Shown here piece after piece: positions 51,705-61,270 of a DNA stretch of 64,000 bases; position 1 is the first letter of the stretch; each line of letters opens with the position of its first letter. The DNA comes from an uncultured Candidatus Berkelbacteria bacterium. Its GTDB lineage: Bacteria; Patescibacteriota; UBA1384; UBA12157. Under the pieces are notes generated by a model that did not search any database, was not told the DNA's origin, and saw nothing but the letters and a program-made list of their open reading frames with translations. The stretch lies in NCBI GenBank assembly GCA_903877885.1, contig CAIRFN010000006.1, positions 3,342-67,341 on the forward strand, in the 5' to 3' direction. A program made the position numbers and the translations under genes.

Positions 51705-52592
51705 ATGAATGAATCATTACAACCATTTGAAATCCAAAGAGAATCCTTAGCTGAAAGACTAAAACTAAAAGACCAATGGGAATCTCAAATTCGTGTACTA
51801 AATGAGGCTGGTATTTTAGAAATTCTTCCTGAAAGCCAAGAATTGGGAGTTATTGGCGTTGATGGTCAGCAATATCCGATACCAGAATACTCTGATGTGC
51901 TTAACCAACTAACACCAGAAAATTTGGAATTATTAGAGGCAAAACAGGAAGAAGATTATAACAAACTAATTATTACGCCGTTTGCGATGCCTTTAAAACA
52001 ACTAATTGATAGATATTCTTCTCTTCTAAAGAGAAAAGACAAAACAGGAGAACTTAAAGATTCACAAGGAAATAGTATAAATATATCTGACGGTGATGAA
52101 CCTATTAAGTTACCTGTTAAACTTATCGAAGATGGTTACGATGACACACTCTTGTATTTTGGAAAATTGGGCGAAGAACAAGAGACTGGTAAAACAAAAA
52201 AGAAATCGATAGAGCAAGGAAAAATTTGGCACTTTTGTCTGGTTCAGGATACAAACTCTCTTGAAAACAAGAGGATTGAGACGAAAATCGATTCTTATCT
52301 TCAAGAAGGCGGTTTATCTGGATATACGCTTGAAGATTGGTTGATGCATGCAATTACGAATTTGCAAGAAAGTGGAAAACAAATAGATTGCACTGATTCC
52401 AAAGAAATAATCCCAAATTGGTTAATGGGATCGTACCTTCCAAAAGATGATTGTTATTTCAGAGCAGCCTATGATATTCACGATCCCTCTTCTACTGGCG
52501 CTGTCATCGGCGGCGCAAAAGGAGAAATTTTGAAAAGTCGAAAGAATTTTATTAATTTTAGAAACTTGATTGAGCTAGGAAGCAATTTATGA
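51705..52592 (+). CDS. DGR target-family paralog 5
   Basis: Shared N-terminus; LEDWLMHAITNL; ends FRNLIELGSNL. Confidence 0.88.
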   Translation: MNESLQPFEIQRESLAERLKLKDQWESQIRVLNEAGILEILPESQELGVIGVDGQQYPIPEYSDVLNQLTPENLELLEAKQEEDYNKLIITPFAMPLKQLIDRYSSLLKRKDKTGELKDSQGNSINISDGDEPIKLPVKLIEDGYDDTLLYFGKLGEEQETGKTKKKSIEQGKIWHFCLVQDTNSLENKRIETKIDSYLQEGGLSGYTLEDWLMHAITNLQESGKQIDCTDSKEIIPNWLMGSYLPKDDCYFRAAYDIHDPSSTGAVIGGAKGEILKSRKNFINFRNLIELGSNL

Positions 52593-53506
52593 ATGAATCC
52601 TTGCAACCTTTTGAAACCCAGTGTGAGGCACTTGCCGAACGATTAAAACTCAAGGAACAGTGGGAATCACAGGTTCAGTTTCTCAATGAAGTAGGTATTT
52701 TAGAATTATTACCTGAATCGCAAGAATTGGGCATTGTTGGAATTGATGGTCGGGAATACCCAGTTCCTGAATATTCGGAGATAATGCAAAAAATCACCCC
52801 GGAAAAGGCGGAGATTTTGGAAAGAAAATCCGAACAAGGATTTAATAAAATGCTCTTAGTGCCTTTCGCGATACCTTTAGAAAGGTTGATAGATCGTTAT
52901 GAACGAGAATTAGTTAAACAATCTGAAAATGGCGGTGTAATCAATTCTAATGGTGAAAAGATAGAAATTAATCCGAAAAATCCAATAACTTTTATGGATA
53001 ATGAATTTAAAAGCTCAGATCTAACTAAAAAGTTAGCCTACTACCCAACTCATCCCGATTATGGTGGCGAAACGAAATCAGAAATAATTTCAAAAGATAG
53101 CCCCTGGAAATTTCATTTTGTTGAAGATTTAGACCATATTCCTCAGCAAGAGGAAGGTCAAACTATTGGCGGCAGAAAACAGCTTGAAACAGGTATGAGT
53201 CCAAGACAATATTTACTTCAGGTACAACGAAATGCTATGTATTCGAACGAACAAGGTATGACACCAGAAGACTGGCTTTGTAATGCAATTTTAAATTTAA
53301 GAAATAACGGAAAGCAAATTGATAGCGCTGGAAGAAACGGTCAAACTTGTTATTTAATCGGTTCTGGTTATCAATATGGCCCGTCAGGTGAAGAAATAGC
53401 TAGTGCTGGATGGGGTCGCATAAAAAGTGATTCTGCTTTTTTGGGTGCCGACTTCAATAGTGAATCACAACAAAATTTTGGCGTTAGAACTGTAGTAGAA
53501 ATCTAA
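52589..53506 (+). CDS. DGR target-family paralog 6
   Basis: Shared N-terminus; GGRKQLE, TPEDWL; ends FGVRTVVEI. Confidence 0.88.
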   Translation: MNESLQPFETQCEALAERLKLKEQWESQVQFLNEVGILELLPESQELGIVGIDGREYPVPEYSEIMQKITPEKAEILERKSEQGFNKMLLVPFAIPLERLIDRYERELVKQSENGGVINSNGEKIEINPKNPITFMDNEFKSSDLTKKLAYYPTHPDYGGETKSEIISKDSPWKFHFVEDLDHIPQQEEGQTIGGRKQLETGMSPRQYLLQVQRNAMYSNEQGMTPEDWLCNAILNLRNNGKQIDSAGRNGQTCYLIGSGYQYGPSGEEIASAGWGRIKSDSAFLGADFNSESQQNFGVRTVVEI

Positions 53507-53515
53507 AGGAATATT

Positions 53516-54421
53516 ATGACAGAAAACTTACAACCATTCGAAATTCAACGCGAAGCATTTGCCGAGCGGTTAAATCTGAAAGAACAATGGGAATCACAGG
53601 TCAAAATACTTAATGAAGTAGGTATTCTTGAGATACTGCCCGAAAGTCAGGAATTAGGGATCATTGGTATTGACGGTCAAGAGTATCCAGTACCAGATTT
53701 CCAGGAAATTATGTCTCGAATTACCCCAGAACAGATGGAAGTTTTAGAAAAGAAAAATGAGCAAGGTTTTAACAAAATGCTTATTACTCCCTTTGGCATG
53801 CCTCTGGACATCCTAATTAGTAGGTATAAAGAACTCTTACTTAAAAAAGATTCTGAAAGCACGTTACTGGCTACCGATGGCTCGAAACTTGATCTTGATA
53901 GAAATGAACCAACATGGGTTTGGGAAGGATACAACGGTGCTGACGCAAACGGAGGGCTAGTTTATTTTCCAGAAAGCTTCACCCAAAATCATGAGGGGCA
54001 AACTAAACAAGAGATATTGGCTAACTCAGGTGCTTTCAAAATCGAGTTTATTGAAGATACGCCAGACATGCCTCGAAACGAACAAACTCAAGGCGGCCGC
54101 ATTAAACCTACTCCAGGTAAAAAAGCGTCTCAGTATCTTGAAATCATGCAAAACGATGAAAATATGACCAACGAGCATGGTCTCACCCCTGAAACATGGC
54201 TGACTTATGCTATTACTAACTTAAAAGAAAGAAACCAACAAATAGATGACTGGCAAGGTCAAGGTAAGGGTTCCTGGCTTACCGGTGCTTATTTCCCGGC
54301 TTCTGGCTTTGTCCCGTGCGCGGACTGGGACCGTGACGCTCGTCTGGCGTACTTGGACGGGAGCGGTCCCTCTGTCTCGTTTTCGGGCTTTGGGTGTCGC
54401 TCCTCGGTGGAAATAAAATAG
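53516..54421 (+). CDS. DGR target protein (paralog 7) with VR2, probable CLec fold
   Basis: 3' end aligns to TR with adenine-only changes; ends GCRSSVEIK. Confidence 0.93.
   Translation: MTENLQPFEIQREAFAERLNLKEQWESQVKILNEVGILEILPESQELGIIGIDGQEYPVPDFQEIMSRITPEQMEVLEKKNEQGFNKMLITPFGMPLDILISRYKELLLKKDSESTLLATDGSKLDLDRNEPTWVWEGYNGADANGGLVYFPESFTQNHEGQTKQEILANSGAFKIEFIEDTPDMPRNEQTQGGRIKPTPGKKASQYLEIMQNDENMTNEHGLTPETWLTYAITNLKERNQQIDDWQGQGKGSWLTGAYFPASGFVPCADWDRDARLAYLDGSGPSVSFSGFGCRSSVEIK
54302..54412 (+). repeat. DGR variable repeat VR2
   Basis: 111 bp; 21 mismatches to TR 54711-54821, all at TR adenines. Confidence 0.96.
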
Positions 54422-54468
54422 TTTTGAAATTTGTTCTTTAATTTTTCTTTATATTTTTAACTTTAGGT

Positions 54469-54521
54469 GCTGGCGTTAGCCAGCTAGACGCAATTGGGCT
54501 AATGAACCCGCCTTGGGCGGG
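54469..54521. promoter_or_regulatory. Hairpins downstream of VR2
   Basis: GCTGGC-GTTA-GCCAGC (54469-54484) and CCCGCC-TTG-GGCGGG (54507-54521); the second has the same stem as the hairpin after VR1. Confidence 0.7.
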
Positions 54522-54707
54522 GCGCCCAAAATTTGTTTTAGAAAATAAGTGAAACTTCGCTAACCGCGAACACTTTCGAAAAACAGCAAACAAATGAATT
54601 TCCACGTGAGCCCCGTTCATTCCGATTTGAGAGGAATGAAATATGAAAGCTAATTCTAAATTGGATGGCTGCGGCTGTCTGATGAATAATGCGGCGGGGT
54701 CACAAAT

Positions 54708-54821
54708 GGTTCTGACAATGTCCCGAACGCGAACTGGAACCGTGACGATCGTCAGGCGAACTTGAACAGGAACGATCCCTCTAACTCGAATTCGAACATT
54801 GGGTGTCGCTCCTCGGTGGAA
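54708..54821 (+). ncRNA. DGR template repeat (TR)
   Basis: Non-coding copy of VR1/VR2 with ten AAY codons; shares the 3' GGGTGTCGCTCCTCGGTGGAA and then diverges (IMH*-like). Confidence 0.95.
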
Positions 54822-54842
54822 GTTCTTTTTGTTTTAAGAAAG

Positions 54843-55884
54843 GGCTTAATATCAAAAACGTGCACCTAGTTTTGCAAAATATAGTTAATTATTTTGTCTT
54901 TTAGTTCTTTGGTAAAGCCTCTGTGAATGTTTACTTTTTGTTTTAGCCAACTAAAACTGCCCTCTAAAGAATTGGTGGTTTTGGGGATATTAAGTTCAGG
55001 ATATTTTAGATACGTAAAAAGATATGGCAAATTAGTTTTAAGGCTTCTAAAAGCCGCTCGCGTTCTCTTGTGAGTATAATGCCATCGGTTTGTAATTTGG
55101 TCGGTTGTTCTCTCCTTTAGAAACTCTTGCCACTTTTGGTGCCATAGGAGTAGTTTTTGGGTAAATTCTTTCTCGGTGGCATAGGTCAAAGTATCGCTAA
55201 TAGCTTTGAGTTCTAAGCTTGCTTCTAACTTTGGGTTTAAGGTTAAATAACGCTGGATAATTTGTTTTTGATGAAAATGACACATCTGGACTGGGACATC
55301 TAAAAATAGATTTCTCACTCCGGGTCTGCCATCCAAAACAATAGCTTTAAACTTAAAGCCTTGATTTTCTAGGGTAATTCTTCCCATTAGGTACTCGTTG
55401 ATTGTCTCGAATATAACAGGTTTGAAATAGAGATTACGTTTGAGCTCGACCGCTCTAAAAACCAGAAAACCGTATGCTCTGCCAAAGAAAGTAGCATCGA
55501 CAACAAAAACTAGACCATCAGGTGTGGTCTTCTTTTTAATGGTTTTCGCTTTCTCGATTTTAGTTCTAACCCAGTTGATGCTTTTGCCGTACTCGCAAGA
55601 GAGATTCTTGAGAGTCTGGCGCTTTCCGACATATTTTCCCAGGATAATTTGTTCTAATTTTTGAGGTCTGGATTTCGTTTGAAAATAACTTTGGCAATCT
55701 TTGCAAAAATATCTTTGCTTTTTTGCCGAGCGAGTACTTTTACCCTTTTTTACGCAACGATTTGAACTGCATTTAGGACAGTTTTTTTAACCATGTTTAC
55801 ATCCTCCTGTAAATTAACTTTAAATTACTGGTTCAAATATATCACATTCAGGTTAAGTTAGGTGCACGTTTTTGATATTAAGCC
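54843..55884 (-). mobile_element. IS256-type insertion sequence (Zn-ribbon variant), 1042 bp
   Basis: 26-bp perfect TIRs GGCTTAATATCAAAAACGTGCACCTA; 8-bp target duplication TAAGAAAG (54835-54842 and 55885-55892). Confidence 0.93.
54866..55794 (-). CDS. IS transposase, needs a -1 shift at A7 just after the start
   Basis: AGGAGG then ATG GTT AAAAAAAC; -1 frame open through CPKC...CKDC, VVDATFFG, DGRPG, QMCHFHQ, TTNSLEG. Confidence 0.85.
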
Positions 55885-56202
55885 TAAGAAAGAGATCGAA
55901 TCCATCCGCCAAGCATGCGGCCGATTTCTCTTAAATCAGATTGCGCTTGGAAAATTTTGGTTTCATTCCCTAAATGCAGTTCCAAGCAGGCTCTTAGTTT
56001 CAGAGTAATTATTTCTAATCGGCCGGAAGCTTTAAGGAGATAAGAAGATTTTAGGGTTTTCGGCGCATTTTTAGCCATAATTAGCTCTTCAAGCAGATCC
56101 AAAATCGAATTTTCAAGACTCATGCCCAAAGAATAGCGCCATCTTTTTTCGAGCTTGGCGTTAAATTCAAGAATGAATTTATATAAATCGTAGGATTGAT
56201 TA

Positions 56203-56222
<20 letters not shown>
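55884..56222 (-). CDS. avd: DGR accessory variability determinant (Avd-like four-helix bundle)
   Basis: LPII..SYDLYK, RYSLG, LDLLE, EIGRMLGGW; 112 aa between TR and RT. Confidence 0.88.
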
Positions 56223-57214
<992 letters not shown>

Positions 57215-57246
57215 TTAAAACTTGCTCGCTTATAGTTTTTATAATA

Positions 57247-57972
57247 TCACCGCCTATTGTGTGCGGTTTCGATGAAGCGTTTGATTAGCAACTTAATACC
57301 AAGTTTTATAACCTGATAACCGTTCAATAAGCACCATAATAACGCCGGAAATATGACTCCCGTTAAAAACGTCTTGATTGTCTGGAAAAAGTTGTATTTC
57401 GAGTTTGCGACTAAACTCCGGTATAATCTCTCGTACTGGAATTTGTAGCCTTCGACCATTTTTTTGTTTAAATCAAGATAGGTCATAACCTGCATGGCCG
57501 CGTTTTCGTCTACGATTCGACGCATCATTTCCCGACTTTCCCTTTGGGACAAAATATTCAGACTTCCTTCCCAAAGTATTTCTCGATCAATAACGGCCAC
57601 CTTTTCATGAATCAATCCGGGTAGTTGGAAAACACAGACTCCCAACTCTTCGTAATCTTTTATAGCACAGGAAATCTCTGTTCGCATTAGATAGTCGTGC
57701 TCCTCAAGAGGACGAGTGAAGATAAAAACACAAATATTTCTTCTTCGAAGCTCAGTTAATGATTTTCTGAAAAACTCCGATCGGAACTTGCTTACAAATG
57801 GACTGTAAATGATAATTTCTTTTTTGGCCTTGAGCATATCTTGGACGAAAACCCGATAAAATGTCCTTTCATTATAAAGATCGAGTTTTTGTAATTCATG
57901 TAATTTTTTGGCGTCGATTTCGTTCTGGATGTTCATCAAATGTTGTCTATGCGCCGGCGAATTAATTGGCAT
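57247..57972 (-). CDS. PLD-like (single HxK) domain protein with C-terminal hydrophobic segment
   Basis: IIIYSPFV, IHEKVAVID, WEGSLNILS. Confidence 0.78.
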   Translation of the reverse strand: MPINSPAHRQHLMNIQNEIDAKKLHELQKLDLYNERTFYRVFVQDMLKAKKEIIIYSPFVSKFRSEFFRKSLTELRRRNICVFIFTRPLEEHDYLMRTEISCAIKDYEELGVCVFQLPGLIHEKVAVIDREILWEGSLNILSQRESREMMRRIVDENAAMQVMTYLDLNKKMVEGYKFQYERLYRSLVANSKYNFFQTIKTFLTGVIFPALLWCLLNGYQVIKLGIKLLIKRFIETAHNRR

Positions 57973-58047
57973 GGTTTTCTCCTTTTTGTTAAAACTATCG
58001 TTCGAAGTCTTTTAATATTTTGGTTTTTATGATACTATGACCTCATA

Positions 58048-58254
58048 ATGGATAATGAAAAAGCAAGAATTAATCTGGTTGGCAAACTTCGTAAAGAAAG
58101 AGAAAAGGCAAGACTGACTCAGGCAGAAGTTGCCACGGCTTCTGGTATTGGCATAAATTATTATGCTCAGATTGAGCGTGGCGAAGTAAATTTCTCGGTT
58201 GAAAAGTTGCTAAGCATAATGAAGAAGCTGAAAATAAAGTCGATAGATATCTAA
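58048..58254 (+). CDS. XRE-family HTH regulator
   Basis: LTQAEVA...YYAQIERGE. Confidence 0.88.
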   Translation: MDNEKARINLVGKLRKEREKARLTQAEVATASGIGINYYAQIERGEVNFSVEKLLSIMKKLKIKSIDI

Positions 58255-58399
58255 TCTGGTTAATCTTTTTCCTTGTATGTGCTCACTAAAAAACTGAGCC
58301 ACCTTAAAAGGTGTTCAAATGAAAGTGCATCAAGGGCACCAAACAAAAAACAGACCAGAGTTTTTAATCTAAAAATTCCAGTCTGTTTTTTAGTTTCTT

Positions 58400-58537
58400 A
58401 ACCATATGTTACCACCTCCAAGGTGGCAACGTGGTAAATTTTAACCATATAGCCCACTTCCGAAGTGGGCTGTGAAGTGGGCTGTGACAGGTTAATAACC
58501 ATAGATTCCACCTCTAAGGTGGACAGTGATAAGGTTA
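58400..58537. repeat. Cluster of three degenerate REP palindromes
   Basis: AACCATA followed by CCACCTCCAAGGTGG, CCCACTTCCGAAGTGGG and CCACCTCTAAGGTGG. Confidence 0.75.
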
Positions 58538-58656
58538 TGATTATTGTTCGAGCCCGCAGGCGAGAACTAATATAAATTTGTCATTGCGTAACGATTTTTC
58601 CCAAACAAAAAACCGCATTTATCCAACTTGATATTTGCGGTTTCTTAAGATTGCTA

Positions 58657-59274
58657 TTATTTCGTAAATTTGAAAGTTTGAAGAATCTGGTCGAACTGAG
58701 TGTAATCTATATTTCCTCTTGAAATAACATATGTCTGAGAATTATTTGCAATGACTACAGCTTCTATCCTTTTACTATTATCTTCTCTTACAGGGTCATT
58801 ACTGAATATTTTAATACCCTTGATATCATCTAACACATAATCCTCTTTCTGGCTATACGAAATACTATAACCAGTTTTTTCATAAATTTGTTCTGGGGTA
58901 AGGGATTCAATATTAATGCTAAATCCAATTTTTTTACCCTTATCGTCAAATGAAACAATATTTAGGTAATATTTGTTTTGTTCCACAGCACCGCTTGTGA
59001 TAGTTTCTGTGATATCTTTTGGGCTAAAATTATTAGGGTACTTTATCGAATAGCTATATTTAGAATTTGTATAAGTTTGCCATTCAGTAGTTGATGTACT
59101 TAAATTTGTTGGTGTGGCTGTTGCAGTATTATTTGACGGAATGGTAGTTGATACTTCTGGTTTGCTAATTGATTTTGAATAAACGATGTAACCAATTAAA
59201 CCGATGATAATTACAACCAAAATGCCAACTAACCACTTCAGGGTGGTATTAGAACCTGATTTGTTCTGTTCCAT
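58657..59274 (-). CDS. Membrane-anchored PsbP-like hypothetical protein
   Basis: TM helix, Thr linker, WQTYTNSKYSYSIKYP...FDQILQTFKF. Confidence 0.7.
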   Translation of the reverse strand: MEQNKSGSNTTLKWLVGILVVIIIGLIGYIVYSKSISKPEVSTTIPSNNTATATPTNLSTSTTEWQTYTNSKYSYSIKYPNNFSPKDITETITSGAVEQNKYYLNIVSFDDKGKKIGFSINIESLTPEQIYEKTGYSISYSQKEDYVLDDIKGIKIFSNDPVREDNSKRIEAVVIANNSQTYVISRGNIDYTQFDQILQTFKFTK

Positions 59275-59403
59275 TTTTCCTCCTCAAATTTTATTTAGTT
59301 TAATTCTACTACTACTACTTTACAACAAAATAGACTAAAAAATATCAGTTTGTATTAAAGCCATTGAAAAATAAGGCAAAATCAGGTAAAATAAAGAAGG
59401 AAT

Positions 59404-59610
59404 GGGCGGTTGGCTCAGTTGGTAGAGCGCTTCGTTTATTTACCCCGTTAAATAGATTCCGGCCGCTTAACTCAGCGGTAGAGTACTTCGTTTACATCGA
59501 AGGAGTCGCAGGTTCGAATCCTGCAGCGGCCAAATTTAACGGGGCAAGTCGAGAGGGTCAGAGGCTCGCTTTGCTCCGACTTCCGTCGGCGAATCCTCTA
59601 TTGCCCACCA
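59404..59610 (+). pseudogene. Interrupted outer tRNA-Val
   Basis: 5' half GGGCGGT-TG-GCTC..GAGC-G-CTTCG; 3' half AGAGG..GAATCCTCT-ATTGCCC-ACCA; insertions in the anticodon and T loops. Confidence 0.75.
59461..59532 (+). tRNA. tRNA-Val(TAC), nested, no encoded CCA
   Basis: GGCCGCT/AGCGGCC acceptor; CTTCG-TTTACAT-CGAAG; GCAGG-TTCGAAT-CCTGC. Confidence 0.9.
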
Positions 59611-59731
59611 CCTTGTTATTAGGTTACCTTTATGGTAAGATAAATATATCTTAAATATCAGCCTCCTAATACAATAAATTTTCGATAGATTTGCATTTGA
59701 TCTTTGTTTGAACAAGTGAGATAATATTTTT

Positions 59732-60424
59732 ATGAATAGTCTCATCAGTTCAAAAGAAAGAGTCATATCTTTACGAAAAGAAGGTAAAAGTTATGGAGAA
59801 ATAAATAAGATTTTAGGATTACCTAAAAGCACTTTATCAACCTGGCTAAAAGATTTGCCGATTTCTAAAAAGGTAAGAGAGAAAAATATTAATAATGCTA
59901 AATCTGTTTGGGCTAAAAATATTATAGAGTTTAATAAATTACGCTCTGAAAAATACCAAAAAGATACACAATTACTATTAGATAATTTTTCTTTACAAGT
60001 TCCTTTGGTTTCAAAAGATATTCTATTTTTTATCGGTTTGTCGTTATTTTGGGCTGAAGGTGGAAAAAGAGAAAAATGGAGTGTAATATTCGTCAATTCC
60101 GATCCAATAATGGTCAAAGCGATGATGAGATTTTTCAGAGAAGTTTGCTTTGTTCCGGAAGAAAAATTCAGACTAAGAATGCACATCTACCCAAATATCG
60201 ATGAAAATGAAGCTAAAGAATTTTGGTCAAAGATAACCAAATTACCATTAACGCAATTTGGAAAGTCACAAACTCAAATCAGTAAAAGTAGCCAGCATAA
60301 AAGACCAATAAATAGGTTGCCATATGGAACCTTAAATATAAGAATTGGAGATGCCAGCCTAAATAAGAAAATAAAAGGATGGCTTTTAGGATTAGGTAAA
60401 CAATTTAACAATATGCCTGGGTAG
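59732..60424 (+). CDS. HTH plus LAGLIDADG-like protein
   Basis: N-terminal HTH (SYGEI...PKSTLSTW), LFWAEGG, FVNSDP, EFWSK; stop overlaps the tRNA-Phe start. Confidence 0.65.
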   Translation: MNSLISSKERVISLRKEGKSYGEINKILGLPKSTLSTWLKDLPISKKVREKNINNAKSVWAKNIIEFNKLRSEKYQKDTQLLLDNFSLQVPLVSKDILFFIGLSLFWAEGGKREKWSVIFVNSDPIMVKAMMRFFREVCFVPEEKFRLRMHIYPNIDENEAKEFWSKITKLPLTQFGKSQTQISKSSQHKRPINRLPYGTLNIRIGDASLNKKIKGWLLGLGKQFNNMPG

Positions 60425-60697
60425 CTCAGTGGTAGAGCACATGACTGAATTTTCGGTCCACTCGACAGTAATGTCGATGTGAGAATCGGGTGAATTCGGG
60501 GAAACCTCGCAAATCGCGGGTCAATCCCGAGCCGAGCCTCGGTGGGTTTAAGTATCGAGGAAGGTGTAGAGACTAATAGGTGAGTCCCAACAATAATCCT
60601 ATAAATAGCGCCCGACTTCCCTCTGGGAAGATGAGATAGTCCACCACGTAATTGGAAAATCATGGTGTCGGCAGTCCGATCCTGCCCCCAGGCACCA
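60415..60697 (+). tRNA. tRNA-Phe(GAA), intron-containing
   Basis: Exons 60415-60446 and 60655-60697 rebuild CATGA-CTGAAAA-TCATG, acceptor GCCTGGG/CCCAGGC and CCA. Confidence 0.9.
60447..60654 (+). ncRNA. Group I intron (208 nt, no ORF)
   Basis: P1 GACTGAA/TTCGGTC with U.G at the 5' splice site; GAATTCGGGGAA, AATCCCGAGCCGAG, GTAGAGACTA and GATAGTCC core elements; terminal G. Confidence 0.88.
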
Positions 60698-60727
60698 GCA
60701 TAAATTTATCAAAGGTGATAAATAGTT

Positions 60728-60770
60728 TCGGCAGTTCGCCTTTAGGTATAGTTCCTGCCCCCAGGCACCA
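60728..60770 (+). repeat. Duplicate of tRNA-Phe 3' end
   Basis: TCGGCAGT...TCCTGCCCCCAGGCACCA repeated with a short insertion in the T loop. Confidence 0.8.
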
Positions 60771-60822
60771 AATTATATCACTGCTAAAAATATTAGTAGT
60801 GAATGTTTAGTATTGGAAAAAC

Positions 60823-61245
60823 ATGAAAATACCAAGCTTAATTAATTTCAAAGATTTAGTGAGTTTCACCCGAATTTTTGAAATTACGCCAAGTGGTACG
60901 GGCAAATATCTTTATTTAGGGATTTTGTTCAGTCTTGGCTTAATTACCGCTTGTGTGATCTGGTTTTTCAATCACTTAATCAAAAAAGATTGGCAAAATC
61001 TTTACGCGAAAATCACCGGTTTATTAGCCACGATTAGTATTATTGGCTTGGTTTTAATCGCGCTTCGGTATCAGCAAGTGCCATATCTTGGCAGCCGCTT
61101 ATTGATGGATATTCTAGGTTTAATTACAGTTTTTTGGATTATTGATATTGTCAGATACCGCTATGTCACTATTCCTGAAGAATTGGGTAAGCGCCAGAAA
61201 AAAGCCGAATTTACTAAATATCTGCCCAAAAATTACAAAATTTGA
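60823..61245 (+). CDS. Hypothetical membrane protein
   Basis: Three TM segments; VPYLGSR; KYLPK end. Confidence 0.75.
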   Translation: MKIPSLINFKDLVSFTRIFEITPSGTGKYLYLGILFSLGLITACVIWFFNHLIKKDWQNLYAKITGLLATISIIGLVLIALRYQQVPYLGSRLLMDILGLITVFWIIDIVRYRYVTIPEELGKRQKKAEFTKYLPKNYKI

Positions 61246-61270
61246 TTTTCAAAGAAAGGAAATATATATC

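Noticed and set aside
47979-54821. CRISPR array or assembly-duplicated repeats
   Set aside because: The repeats are divergent protein-coding paralogs and TR/VR copies; there is no repeat-spacer periodicity and no cas gene.
59364-59766. ORFs 59364-59654 and 59536-59766
   Set aside because: They overlap the nested tRNA structure and show no protein features.
60274-60663. 129-aa minus-strand ORF as an intron-encoded protein
   Set aside because: Antisense to the tRNA and intron, runs past the intron boundary, no endonuclease motif.
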